A stretch of 64,000 bases of DNA from Octopus vulgaris (GCA_951406725.2 OX597819.1:68634001-68698000), one strand, 5' to 3'. Counted from the first letter of the stretch, positions 26,101-40,064 are shown. Translations and numbers: made by a program. The notes: generated from the letters alone by a model not told the origin.

Positions 26101-26767
26101 CACACCCGGGCACGTTAGTACGCCTAGAGTAGGAAAGATTATTTAAGCTTTCGCCGATTCATCCGCGGTGTTGTTTTTCATGTATAATAAAATATATATA
26201 AAATAATATATATTAAAATAATAATAATAAAAATATACACTACAGTACTGTTTTTACTTAGCGGGGGATTTTGGAACGTAACACCCGCGATAGTCGAGGG
26301 ATTACTGTATTTATATTTATGCCCCAACGAAATGGCTTCACAAGGTATTAATTAGCCAGCCAGAGTCTGTAGCAGAAGACGTTTGCCCAAAGGCCACGCG
26401 CAATGGGTCTGGAACGAGAAACTTCATGGTCGCAAAACATGCGTCTTTACCACACAGCTATGCGTGAGCCTATTAGCATAAAATTACCATTTCAACAAAG
26501 AGAACACCAACCGGCCAACCGACATCGCTCCAATCAACTTAAGGAGGAGCGCAATATGTGCCAGGGGTGGAATAAAGAAGTAGATGGAGCTGTTTGTTTT
26601 GTAATTGAATCTAAAGGGAGATTTAAGTACATTAAGCGATAGCTCTACTTGCTTGATGAATGCATTATGAAACAGTAGCGCCTCCGTACTTATCTCACCG
26701 GATCTATGTTTATTGCTATATGCCAACTGATAATTCCCTTATCTTTGGCAAGCTTACAGACTAATGT

Positions 26768-26822
26768 GGCAGTAGTAGTATTAGTATTAGTATTAGTAGT
26801 AGTAGTAGTAGTGGTGGTGGTG

Positions 26823-26864
<42 letters not shown>

Positions 26865-27615
26865 ATGCTATTGTTGTTGTTGTTGTTTTTCTTGTGTTTC
26901 ATTGTAGTTGCTTATTGATTTTAATGATAGCGATGCTAAAGGTGATGACAAAGATAATAATTTGAAGGCGACGACGACAGCGCTGACGAGGAAGACGTCA
27001 AAGATACAGATGGTAATAACGGTGGGTGGTGGTGGTGGTGGTGGTGGTGATAATGATGATGATGATGCGGAGGAGGCTTAGAAGGAGGATGACGACTATA
27101 ACATGATGATGACAATGATGAAGATGAGGAGGAGGAGGAAAGGCGGTGACGAGGACAACGACTATGATATAAAAATATGAATGCTGATTGTATTGTTGTT
27201 TTTCACGATGATGATGATGATGATGATGATGATCGTGGTGGTGATGGTGGTGGTGGTGGTGGTGGTGGTGGATCTGGTGGTAGTGGTTGTGATAATGATG
27301 GTTGTGTGATAATGACGATTACGAAGACAATGGTTATATAGATGATAATGATTATGGCGATGATGTTGATGATGACCTTCAACGACAAGCATTGGTTTGG
27401 TTGTTGTTGTTGTTGTGGTTGCTGCTGGTGCTGCTCCTGCTGCTGCTGTTGTTGATGATGAGGATTACGTTTGTATCTGTTGAAATATGCGTATTTTAAT
27501 TCCTTACGATTATCGAAATATTGACCATTTTGTACAACGATGCTGTTCGAGTTTTGATGTTAATCGAGCAGGTTTCGGTGTTGCTGTTGTTGTTGTTGTT
27601 GTTGTTGTCGTTATT
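26768..27615. repeat. Mosaic trinucleotide low-complexity region (TAG/TGG/TGA/TTG/CTG)
   Basis: Direct reading. Confidence 0.9.
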
Positions 27616-27739
27616 GTCTTGGCTTCGGGTCAAACTTAGGGTAGATCTATGCACAAATGCAGCCAAACTGTAAGCAGACCAACTTAGTCCTAATGCACTC
27701 CACATTGATATAAGTTCTTTTCATTATATAGGGTTGACA

Positions 27740-27948
27740 AGGCAGCGAGCTGGCAGAAACGTTAGCACACCGGGTGAAATGCTTAGCGGCCTTTACGTTC
27801 TGAGTTCAAATTCCACTGAGGTCAAATTTGCCTTCCATTCTTTCGGAAGTCGATAAATTAAGTACCAGTTGCGTATTGGGGTCGATCTAATCGATTGTCT
27901 CCCTCCTCCAAAATTTAGGAGCCTTGTGCCTAAAGTAGAAAAGATTAT
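27740..27948 (+). mobile_element. SINE family B
   Basis: GGCAGCGAGCTGGCAGAAACGTTAGCAC...GAGTTCAAATTCC...GTCGATAAATTAAGTACCAG. Confidence 0.85.
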
Positions 27949-28029
27949 ATAAGGTTCACTGTGATTTGATGGAGTTTGGCTGCTATTTCATGCAAGTCTG
28001 TTGGCCCTGTAGTTTACAGAACGTAAAAA

Positions 28030-28503
28030 GGGGTTAAACACAGAGAGGACAAACAAGGAAATACAATCGGATTAAGTCAATTACATCGACCCCAGTGCGT
28101 AAGTGGTACTTAATTTATCGACCCCGAAAGGATGAAAGGCAAAGTCGACCTCGGCGTAATTTGAACTCAGAATGCAACGGCAGACGAAATACGGCTACGC
28201 ATTTCGCCCGGCGTGCTAACTTTTCTGCCAGCTCTCCGCCTTTATTGAACGTAGCGGCAGACGAAATACCTATTTCTTTACTACCCACAAAGGTCTAAAC
28301 ACAGAGACGACAAACAAGGACAGACAAATGGATTAAGACGATTACATCGACCCCAGTGCGTAACTTGTACTTAATTTATCGACCTCGAAAGGATGAAAGG
28401 CAAAGTCGACCTCGGCGGAATTTGAACTCAGAACATAACGACAGACGAAATACGGCTACGCACTTCGCCCGGCGTGCTAACATTTCTGCCGGCTCGCCGC
28501 CTT
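28030..28503 (-). mobile_element. Two tandem copies of SINE family B
   Basis: 28030-28241 and 28247-28502 are near-identical ('gaccccgaaaggatgaaaggcaaagtcgacctcggcg'). Confidence 0.88.
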
Positions 28504-29060
28504 GGCGTAAACGTAAATAATAAACCGCGATAAAGGAACAGCGATAGAGGAACCGCGATATGGCGGGGGATTACCGTATCTCTTTTATCTTTTATCTTTC
28601 ACTTGCTTCAATTATTAGGCTACGGCCATAGCGGAGCACTGACGAACCAACCTCAATACTTATTCGTCTTTATGTAAAGCCTGGTGCTAATTCTATTGTC
28701 ATCTTCTGCTGTACCGCTAAGTTACGAGGACGAAAACACGCCATTATATGTGGAGCCGAATACAGACACAAAAACAAGCACACAATACCACTCCCCTTCC
28801 TAATTTCTGTGATTCGGCCATAAAGGCCTATTGAACACTACCGATCAAATCGCCTTTCTTAATTTCCTCATATTTCTCATTCGGTTATGTTGTTTTTTTC
28901 TTCATTTATTCCTAATTTCTCTCTACATTTGTATTCCCCTCTCCTCTCAACACATTCTGATTCAATATTCCATGCGTTAAGATGTTAAGATTGAATATTC
29001 AATGCGTTAAGTTTACATTGGCTTGCGGCAATGTTAACTTTCATTTGATCAAGACACCCT

Positions 29061-29156
29061 TGACCTGAAGAGTAGCCTGCGATATACACTTCGCTTGGAG
29101 GTGTATATCGCTTTACCACTTCTGAGGTTCCTCTCGCTATGAAATATATGTAGCTG
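29061..29156 (+). ncRNA. Candidate hammerhead ribozyme with an extended stem II
   Basis: CUGAAGA-GUAGC-[hairpin GCGAUAUACAC..GUGUAUAUCGC]...GCUAU-GAAA-UAUAU-GUA. Stem I is imperfect. Confidence 0.5.
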
Positions 29157-29454
29157 GAGTATCTTATCTACTCCTTTCCTTAACTCCTGTATTCATATCC
29201 CTTTATCGGCAACCCTGGTCGCCTACTGTGAAATATACAAATAACCTTTTTTAAATCCATCGTACTTCGACACGAAAAGAATCTACATCCGTCTTTCTCA
29301 ATAAACCACTATTGTCCCTGGAAGGTGCCTTTTAATATTTACTACGGAGTGCTTGAAGCTAACTTTCTTCCTACACCTCGACCCTTCCGTAAACTAGAAA
29401 TCGGAGAAGGAAGGGATAAACTACCTGCATCAACTCGCCAGGAAAGCAGGTAGT

Positions 29455-30560
29455 AGTTTTACCTTATTCTTTGTGCCAATTTTAAAGAGTGTAGTTCGAT
29501 TTTAACAGTTATTTTTTCAAAGTTATAATGAAAGTGACAAACGGGCATAATAGGCATATTTTGCTTTACGAGTTCAATAAAGGCAACAATGCAATGGAAA
29601 GTGCGTGGAATATTGATGCAGTATATGGCTTTGGGACGATAAGCGTAAGTCAGTGACAACGGTGGTTCCAGAAATTCTGAACCGGAAACTACAACCTAGA
29701 AGACGAGCTTCGTCCTGGAAGATCTGTAGTGCTCGGAAGATCTGGTGGAAAAAATACCATCGTAACTGTTGAGGAACTAGCAGTGAAGCTTGGATTTGGC
29801 CATTCGGTCATTTATCGACACCTTCGGGCCATCGGAAATGTCAGCAATTTGGATCAATGGGCTCTGTAGAAACTTACCGAGTCTAATCATGCACAGAGAG
29901 TGAATGTGTGCTCTTCTTTGCTGTTTCATCACATGAATGAACATTTTTGCGACCGAATAGTGACTGGTGACGAGAAATAGGTTCTCTATTAAATATGTCA
30001 AGCGCCGAGGACAGTGCTTAGGGAAAGGAGAAACACTGGCACCCCAACAAAAGAAGGTCTTCACGCACGTAAGGTGTTGTTATCTGTTTGTTGGGATAGG
30101 AAAAATTTAATCCACGTTAAACTTTTAAACCCAAAGCTAACGATAGCAAAGGGGGGTAACTGCGAGAAGCTTGAGCGGTTTAAGTCAGCGCTAGAAGGAA
30201 GATGACCATCTTTGGTAGCAAGGAAAAAGATGTTCTTCCATCAGGGTAATTCTCGGTCACATATAGCGAGGAAAACATTCCAAAGGATGAAGCATATTTG
30301 CTGGACATTGCCGCATCTGATTACCTGTATTCTGCAGTCATCAAAATAATTTGAAAAATATGAATTCTGTAGACGAGGTCCGAACAGTAGTGGAAGAGAA
30401 TTTTTTCGTCACAGACAAGTGAATTTTGGAAGATGGGCCTTACAAGTCCTACCAGATAAATGGAAGAGCATGGTAGAAAATGAAGGAGAGTATATTTTAG
30501 ATTAAAAAATAAATTTGTTTATATTAATTTTGAAAACTAAAAGAAGTATAAAGGAACTAC
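29455..30560 (+). pseudogene. Mariner transposon with a degraded transposase (~29528-30504)
   Basis: MKVTNGHNRHILLYEFNKGNNA...WFQKF...LEDELRPGR...RIVTGDEK*VLY...LHARKVLLSVCWD...DIAASDY...KWKSMVENEGEYILD*, with many stops and frameshifts. Confidence 0.9.
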
Positions 30561-30585
30561 ATATACATATATATACACACACACA

Positions 30586-30619
<34 letters not shown>

Positions 30620-31312
30620 CACAAACACACACACACATATATATATATATACATATATACACATGCATGTACAATATACAAAAAGGGTGAAATATAATTA
30701 ATTTAATTAATTACTCCCATATAATTAATTACTCCCATACAATAAATCTGCGAAACTTCGTTTCGTTGTTAATGTTTTTGCAACTCACGTGGTAATTTGG
30801 TGGGGAGATAGGATTTCGCCTGTCTGTATATAAATGTAGGGATGCTGGTAGACCAACATATCGTTCGGTGTCGCCTGATCGAGCCGGTATGGTGGGTAAA
30901 TCTTTTTTTCCCTTAGCATTTCTAGATTTATAGGAAATATTATATTGACAAGGAAATGAATCTCTGGTTCTAATCCAGAAACGGAATTTCGTCTATAATT
31001 AATCCAAACGGACTGTGATTTCGTTATTTTCTTTCTCTTTGCCATATACGGGTTGCAAATTCTGATTGTTTGTGGAGACTTTTTTACTAGTAGGAGAAAT
31101 GGTAACCTATTTGGCTGCCATTTCTAATATTTTCGGTATGTGGTTTTGAGCAACTTGTTGCAATTAACCCTTTATTATAATGAATATAATCCTTACCACA
31201 TATGCATGTATATATATATATATATATATGTATAGAAACGGAACACTTCAGATGATTCGATCTGGCGGCCCCAAAAAAGTTTAAGCTAAGAGCATTAAAC
31301 CCCTTTGTATAC

Positions 31313-31374
<62 letters not shown>

Positions 31375-31971
31375 GCATATGTATGTATATATCTTTGAGT
31401 CGATGCCCACCCTTCCGCTTCACAACCGGTGTTGGTTTGTTGGTTTGTTTATGTTCCCCGATTTGGTGGTACTGCGAAAGACGTTGACAGAATACCTACA
31501 GACATCTATTTATTTCTAAGATGCATTGCGAACGATTTGTTTAACTGAACACTTCTATTTGGTACCCCAGTATGGCCACAGTGTAATGACTGAAGCATCG
31601 CCAATGTACCCCTATTGAATGATGACTGCTCAAGTTTTGATTGGCGTAGATGGCGCTGTTATTTATATCATTCTGATTCTTTTAGCAAAATCAGAATATA
31701 TTTCCGGGTAGAAAGACGTCCAGACATCTTTGAATATTAAAACGAATTTACATATTCGCTAGAAAATAGTTTCTATGACCTCATCGATAAAGATTGCGAT
31801 TCATTAAACAATGAGAACGTTTGTAACTATGGTAGTGAGCTGGAAGAACCGCTAGTGCGTCGAACAAAATTCTTAGGGGCATTTCCTCCAGCACTTTACG
31901 TTACGATCTTTCACGTCCCGTCAAGGTTAACATTACCTTTCAACTCTTTCAGGGGGTGATAAAGTAAAATA

Positions 31972-32366
31972 TTATTATTTACATTATTTAAATTCGACGG
32001 ATATGTGTCCTCATCTTGTTTGTTGTTAATACAACGTTTCGGCTGATATACTCTCCAGCCATCATCATGTGTCTTGGGAAAACTTCGAACCCGGGGTCTC
32101 ATTCCTAAGGTATTTTTCAATATTATTATTATTATTGTTGTTGTTATTGTTGTTGTTTTCATTGTTATTGTTCAGGTCACTGCTTGGAATCGAACTCGGA
32201 ATCTTGGGTTTAGTATCCCGCGCTCTTAAACATTACTCCATATGTCTGTGGGCTATGGCGTAGTGTTTAAGAGCGCGGGCTACTCACCAAGATTCTGACT
32301 TCGATTCCAAGCAGTGACCTGAACACTAACATCAACAACAACAACGACAACAACAACAACAATAAC

Positions 32367-32431
<65 letters not shown>

Positions 32432-32617
32432 CATCGAAAAATACCTTAGGAATGAGAACCCACGTTCGAAATTTCATCCAAGACACCTGATGAAGGCAGC
32501 AGTGTATATCAGGCGAAACGTTGTGTTAACAACAAACAAGATGAGTAAAAATATCCGTCAAATGCAAATAATGTAAATAATGTAAATAATTCCTCATCTC
32601 TTAAATATAGAACTGTA
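31972..32617. mobile_element. Head-to-head inverted pair of a tRNA-headed, hammerhead-containing SINE-like element
   Basis: Plus arm: TGGCGTAGTG (A box), TTCGATTCC (B box), (AAC)/(AAT)n, then HHR at 32482-32527 GACAC-CUGAUGA-A-GGCAG..CAGGC-GAAAC-GUU/GUGUU. The minus arm (31972-32252) mirrors it, with intact stem II GGCUG/CAGCC. Confidence 0.85.
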
Positions 32618-33779
32618 AAGTATCATTTATGTACTGTTGTCAATGTAATTAACTTGTCCTCCTCCCTAAAAACTGCTGGCCTTGATCCTTCCAACGGACC
32701 AGCGTCCCATTCAAATGGAATGTCTTGGTTTCTGTTATATCGACTCCATAACCAATCTTAGGAGATTTCAAACATAAGACACAAAAAAAGAAAAATGCTG
32801 TTTATTACGAGTTTTCCATAAGTTGCAGCGAATATTTTTAGCGAGGTAATTATGGTGTCGACAGACCAAAAAATACAACGCTCGGCGTTATACGAATTAT
32901 CGACCAGTAAACATGGTGTCCAGCAGCTTATCCACTCGGCTGTCTGAGAACCTTCGAAATTTTTAGCAGAAATAAAATTATGCAATATGCAAATGGAGAA
33001 ATGAAGCGTCTGCATTTCCATTTAATATTTTCTGTTTGGAGTGTTTACATTTATTGATATTCTTTACTGGCGTGGAATGAGGTAGTGTAATAAAGTATGG
33101 TGTGCTACGCAGCAGAATTGAATAAAGAAGTGTGGTGTTATGTAGCGTGGCTTAATATAGTATGTCATGGCGGTGTGTGGTGAGACGTGTTGGCGTGGGA
33201 GTTTCGTTTGATTTAGATCGGGGTTGGATAGAGGCTTATGATGGCCGTTTAATATTGTCAAGTTCGCTGAGGTGATGTTAACAAAGAGTGGAGTTTGTGT
33301 GGTGTGGCGGGGACTGATACGGAGTGGTTTGTTTTGAGCTGTGAATAGCGATGGTGAGGCAGGACTGATTTAATGTGGGAACGATGTAAATGTTGTGGAT
33401 TGCAAAGTTGGAGCTTTTCAGATGCCATCAACAAATAACGCCATAGGAAAAATATTGAAGCAAGCACAGGAGATAACATGAAGTAGGACAGTAAAATACG
33501 AAAACAATAACACTGAAAAGAGAAATAAAAAGCAAAACAAAAACAATGGATTCAATTCGTTCTTGTAGCAGTAATGACATTTCTCGATATTCTGTCGATA
33601 CTTAGCATGCTCAAATAGTTCATGGATTACATGATGTAACATGTAACAACTACCCATGAGAATGACAACCCCATGATTGTCCGAGAGGAGGGAGTCGAGA
33701 ATCAATCAAACTAAGTTAACACGGAAATGTCCTTGGATATGAATACGGCTATTCCTTTGAACAGCGAACGAAATGCAAA

Positions 33780-35875
33780 GAACTTTAGATGCAACCTGTG
33801 CGTGCTCTAGGACCTTTGCAGCCGAGATAGGCTTGAAGATACATCAGGGAAAAACTTGTAATAAGAGGACAGGAGAGTGTGGATCATCTGATAGTAACAC
33901 ACGTGGCAAATCATCCTTGAAATTAACCACTATGGATCTATAAATGCTACAGTAAAGACCTCTTCCCAACAGGAAACTGAAGGTTATGAGACTGGTGCTT
34001 CAGATAGTATTCGGAGGAAACCGGGTGTTCTGTGGCCTGCTGCTAATGAGAAAGGAAGATATAAAAAAAGTTTGAGCACAAAGCATGACAAGATCTACAG
34101 TATAGAAACTGTGAAAGTTAACAAGCTCAATATACGATACAAGAAAGGAATTATTTGGAGTGGAATAAGGGACCCGATTAGCGAAGGCAAAGTGTGGATC
34201 AAGCAGGAGGATCAGGAAAATGAAACAGTTGAGGAGAAAAAGAACAGCCTAAGAAAGCAATGGAAATGTGCAGAAAGAGACGAAAACCTGGACTCACGTA
34301 GCTGTACGATGATTTAAAAAGGAAATGCCGTTATGTGCAATGGCATATCCATCGATATGAGCGACGAAAGGAAAGTAAAAGGACTCGTGAATAGTTTCTG
34401 AAGGGCCCGTACGGAGTTATTAAGAATCTGTTCACTAAACGGAAGGGTGACACTTTGTCGCGCACAAAAGAAGTATTGGATGCTCATATCAAAGAAACCT
34501 ACAGTCATCCAAACCGTAACCAACCACTGCCACCTATAAACAGCTAAAGCATTTCTTAAAACCTGATATAGAATTTCTAATTGGAAACACCAGAGAGAAA
34601 GAGGTGAATGATTTCGTGAGAAAAGCTAGATCAAAGAGTGCTCCAGGAGATGATGGCATCTCGTATAAAGTGTATAAATATTACAATCGTCTGCGAAAGA
34701 AGCTCTTTGTCCTAATCCGACAGTGTAGTGACTCTATTAGAAGATTCGTGTAAGGTAGAAGACATATACCTGCCGTAGGAGGCCAGTATAGAGACTATAA
34801 AACAGTTTAGGCCGTATCTGTATTGAATGTGAAAGGCAAGATCTGTATTGAATGTGAAAGGAGAACAGTGGCACATCTTCAGAGTAATGGATATATTGAT
34901 GGATCTATTCAAAGGGTTGGAATCCCTGGGATCCCTGGATGCGTTTTCTGTCTTGGAAAGCGATCCACACAAAACAAAACAAGTCTGAACGTGGTATGGC
35001 TTGATCAGGCTAATGCATATAACTCAGTGCTATACTGATGAGAGCCAAGGACCACTTTCACATTCCAGACAAAAGGTCAAGATTAATGAGGATATATTAT
35101 GACAGTCTTGAGATGGGTTTTACTGCTGGAAATTTTACAGCAGATTGGCACCAATTGGAGATTGGCATTGCTGGTGACTGCACAATATTTGTCACGTGGT
35201 TTAGAGATGATTTTCCAATCAGTGGACTTTACGAAACAAATCACCCATGTAGAATAACCTAAGAAGGCTTTCATGGATGACATGACACTTCTATCAACAG
35301 ACAAGCAAATTATGCTGAGAGCCTTCTTGATGTTAGACAAGCTTGTGAAGTGGTCAAGGTTGAGATTCAGAGCATAAAAGTCGCGTAGTCTGACATAAAT
35401 TAAGGGAGTTCAAAAAGATGTTAAGTTTGAATTAGCTGAAGAAAGCAATCAACCATTCAAGGACGAATATGTCAAAAGCTTGGGGCGTGTATACGCTGGA
35501 ACATTGTCAGATAGGAGTCACGGGATACAAAATATGAAACAAGCCGAGGGTGGATTAACAGCAATTGATAACAATAAGCTAGCGGATAAATATGAGATAT
35601 GGTACTTATAGTTAGGTTTGCATAGGCGACTTCCGTGGCCACTTTTAATATACGTGGCCTGCCATGAGTTCAAATCATTGAGCAAAAGTGTAATTCGTCC
35701 ATTAGAAAGTGGCTAGGCTTACCTTGGATATTGAAATATTCAGCTCTCTATCGTGAAAGAGAGTCGTTGCAGTTACCACTGGCGTCGATAGTCGAAATGT
35801 ATAACTAGGAAAGGTAGGAACAATGATGATGTTGAGAGAGCCGAATGATATAGCGATAAGTTAAATGATAAGAGA
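33780..35875 (+). pseudogene. Degraded RLE-type non-LTR retrotransposon, HERO-like (N-terminal Zn finger plus RT)
   Basis: GLKIHQGK; VRKARSKSAPGDDGISYKVYK; NGYIDGSIQRVGIPGIPGC; VVWLDQANAYNSV; KAFMDDMTLL (35270-35281 encodes FMDD); KSRSL; IRKWLGLP. Confidence 0.85.
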
Positions 35876-36129
35876 CAATGATCTATGACTAGAAGAATAT
35901 TGGGCTTTATTTGTTAACCAGTTGATATATCAAGTGGGGCCACATATCAGTGAACTGGGATATGGTGCGCAATGATTCCATCGAGAGGTAGGGCCTGAAA
36001 CGGAGCGCATTCTCTCCCGATGACACCATGCCCTAGCGGGATTCCGGTGTGCGGAGCTTTCGACTGGTAGCACTTGCATGCGCAAGTTATTTACAAAACA
36101 TTTCCAATTTTGATAAAAAGCCAGCAATT

Positions 36130-36305
36130 TGATAAGGCGGAAATTAGTCGATTACACCGACCCAGTGCTCCTTTTTTATGGACGCCGGAAACATGAACAG
36201 AAAAACAACCTTGCTGGAAGTTAGAACGTAAAGTGTGAGATGAAATTCCGCTAAACGAATAATTTTCTAGGCGGTGCTAAACATTCTGCCAGGGCGCGGC
36301 CTTAA
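36130..36305 (-). mobile_element. SINE family B, degenerate
   Basis: 'gtcgattacaccgacccagtgc...gctaaacattctgccagggcgcggcc'. Confidence 0.6.
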
Positions 36306-37083
36306 CAGAATCTATATCAGGATAAAATGGATTCTTACCTAATCGTTATTCACAAAACGCTTCCCCATTAATCTTCACTACACTCATGAGACAATCATCT
36401 ATCTTTTATCTTTTGTCGTTTATCTCCCATTTCTTTCAGTTGTCAGGCGCCCTTGCTGGGGCACCGCCTTGTAGAATTCTTAGTCAACAAAATCCACTCA
36501 AATACTGATGTTCTGTTTTGGAACCGTGATACTTATTATATCTTTCACTTTTGACGAAGAGTCAAGAGACGAGACCGTAAACACATCAACACCAAATGTA
36601 AATCGATGTTGGGGACAAAAACACACACACAAACACACACATACACACATGTATTCAAATGTGAATGAGAAGCCCGGGGAGTATAAACAACATCGCACGC
36701 ATACAGAAAGCATGTTTTGCCAGTTCGTGTGCAGGCTGCGATTTACAAGCATGGGTTTGGGATACGTGGTATTCATAAGTCCCAAAGTTAACGAAATATT
36801 AATGTCAACCACTCCTGCAACATGATTTGGTGTGAATTAACTCAATTGTTCCTCAGTTCTAGGTATTTCTACACCGAACGTTCTGACGTGCAAACTCTTT
36901 CTCATGCCTATAAATCGCAGCCTGACCCCGAGCTGCAAAAACGCTTGCCTTGTGGATGTGTACTCAATATTATTTATTTATATATGTATATAGACACATG
37001 CGTGTATATATATATATATGTGTGTGTGTGAGTGTGAGTGTGTGCGTGTGTTGATATGTATATAGTACGGATATATATGTATG

Positions 37084-37175
<92 letters not shown>

Positions 37176-37193
37176 AAGAAACAGTTTTAGATA

Positions 37194-37246
37194 AAAAAAA
37201 CCATCGGTTTCATATCTAGCGTGAACTAGGCATATCTTCAGTTTCT
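37194..37246 (-). ncRNA. Candidate type I hammerhead ribozyme
   Basis: AGAAA-CUGAAGA-UAUGCCUAG-UUCACG-CUAGAUAU-GAAA-CC-GAU-G-GUU/UUUUU. All three stems can form. Confidence 0.6.
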
Positions 37247-37899
37247 CTAAACGATAAACGTTCTCTGCAAAGAATTTTTTGTTAAACCCAACAAAGCCGG
37301 TGATAGTTCAAGAAATATTCCTCTCAAAGAATTATGGCCGGCCGAGTTGTCTTCCTTCGCTTAATACCTCGGTTTTCCAATTTTTAAGTAAATATTTCCT
37401 AAAATGTAAACTAGTCCCCACGGCTTGCGTCCTGGAGTTCAGGTAGGCTCCTGGCTCATGCGAGTTCATTAGGATTATATATTTTTCTGCCTTACACAAT
37501 TTATATAGTCTTGTTCCATTTCGGTAGGGTTCACAATTTTCTAAGTAATTTCCACCTGATGCTAAAGGGCGTATGATTGTCCTTTAGGTGCCATACATAT
37601 ATATGTGCTTGTATATATATATATATATATATATATATGCAGCGGGCATCGTTCAGTTTCCGTGTGCCAAATAAACTCACAAGGCTTTAATCAGTATGAT
37701 AATATACCTCCGGGAGGTAGTATGGGCGAACATCTATCTGGAGGTGAAATATCTAAGCAAATCAATAAAACACATAGAACACATCGTATGCAGACAAAAA
37801 TAACACATACCATGTGTTTGTGTGTGTGTAACTAATTATTTAGACTTCAGATATATGTCTAGTAGTATGCCGACCAAAGCACATTCACCGTTAAGGCTA

Positions 37900-38170
37900 C
37901 CTAATGTTATCTACAGTTATGATATAATTGTCAATGGATCTACGTCAGGAATTCTGCAGTGTTCGTTGTGTTTATAATAATCGACGGAAACAGAAAATTT
38001 ATTGATGAAGAATCTTTTGTCAACACAACAATCGTTTTGACCCATCTTGCATCTGTCCGTTACGTCTGGGATATTGTACACAACTAGCTGCACAATATCT
38101 CCCCACACAAGTGAGACGATCGTTGAGTTGAATGATGTTTCTTGCTAGATTTATTTCCAGCTTTCCTCAT
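37900..38170 (-). mobile_element. Degraded PLE GIY-YIG endonuclease fragment
   Basis: VVYNIPDVTDRCKMGQNDCCVDKR...HNEHCRIP resembles the PLE pattern VVYxIPC..YIGQTGRC..R...HC. Confidence 0.5.
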
Positions 38171-38677
38171 TCATCATATATATATATATTTATATATATG
38201 GAACAAAAACGCAATAGGAGGCATTAAAACGTTCGGACAAATAGACGACACAAAGGCGGACAAGAGAAGCAACGATTAAAAGGACACGCAAAAAAAAACG
38301 GGTCGTTCTTGACTGTCTTTCATCAGTCAAGTACCAGAAGTCACGACCATTTCGGACAGTCATACTTGAGATGGTCCGGTCTGTTGTCCCCCAAAAAGTC
38401 TAAGCTGAGAGAATTAGACCCCCTTGTAAGAAAGCTAGCGAATATGTACGGCAACAAAGATGAGAAGTCAAACAAACAAACAAAAAACGGAGAACATGGT
38501 ATACAATTCCGAATACAACAACAAGAAACAACAAAAGGCATCTTTCGACTGACAACGATTCAAATTGAACTGGCGCGTATGAAGTAAAAGCCTAAAGGCA
38601 GGAATATGAGAGATGGACACAAGACGTATTGACGGTCGGTAGTCAGGCGAAGAAAGAAAGATCATAGCTGGCCAGAC

Positions 38678-38757
<80 letters not shown>

Positions 38758-39279
38758 GTGAATGTGTGTATGTCTGTGAATATGACGCAGATAAGGGATG
38801 TATTTTCCAAACGATTAATAGAGAAATTCACTCTCTACTTCCATCATTGTCAATGAGTAAACAAGTAATTGCCTCTATAAGAAAATATAATCATCTAAGC
38901 GGATATTAAGAAAACAATGTAATTTGTAGAAATGTTGACAAAAGCTAGAATTACACTTTCGTGTAATTCGCTGTCGAGCCATTCTCTGAATATGCATTTA
39001 CAACACATATAAACAATACGTGTGTCAGATAGACGCCAAATGAGAAATAATCTCGAAAGTTTTTACAACAAAATGGCGTCCGTATCACAAATACTATAAT
39101 TAAAACTAATGCTTAGAACTGACAAGAAATGAGCACACTTTGCCTCTCATGGATTTTTGACTGAAATTACAAATGTTACAACAGTTCCTTTTTAATTCAA
39201 TTTATATGCATGCACGTATGCATGTACAAATACTTACGTGTGTGTATATATATATGCACACACAAATATATATATATAT

Positions 39280-39352
<73 letters not shown>

Positions 39353-40064
39353 AGATTTCATTTCACACGAAGCATAATGTTACGTAATATAATTTAATCG
39401 AAGTGAAACTTAACTAACTCTGAATTTCCCCTTTAGCTGGCGTCACTTTAATGCTATCTCGTATATCATTCCCTAACATATATTATATATATGTGCGTGT
39501 TTCTGTATGTGTGTGTGCTGGTGCTCTAGAAAGCAGAAAATTATCACGTGATATCATTTCGTGTCTGATAGCAGCAGTCGAACAAATGGTATTGTATAAG
39601 TTATTGAATAGTGGATACCTGCATTTTGGCGTCGCTGTAAAAGTGTTCATCGATATATTTCTTATAATCTCTATCGCTAGCAACAAAATAAATCACGTAT
39701 TTACTTTGAAATATGTTGTGACTTGGCCACTTATTTCTATACGGGACAATGTTGTACGTTTTGTTACTACAACAGCCAGACAAGCCGAAAGGAGAATGTG
39801 AAAGTTGGACGAAGCAGAATTTGATTTAGTTAAGTAAGTAATTTATTTAGAAATATTCTTCTTGAAAGTGTAATTGAATTACCGAATTACAAACTGCAGC
39901 ATTCTCTGTATTCTGATAAAGATTTAGAAATGAAGACAAAAACTTTAGACGATGCCTTTAACGGTGTAAGAAACCACAGGAATGTATTGACGTCCGGCAC
40001 ATGGTGTGCAACATTAAATTTCAAAGCCTATGGTTGTAAACATGTCTCTGTTCACTTAATTGGT

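Noticed and set aside
26241-26310. Tigger/pogo-like terminus 'cgcgatagtcgagggattactgta' (similar at ~28520-28578)
   Set aside because: Only single ends are visible with no convincing partner TIR, so it was not called as a feature.
39068-39082. YY1-like motif AAAATGGCG as a promoter
   Set aside because: A single short motif is expected by chance in 64 kb, and no linked gene was found.
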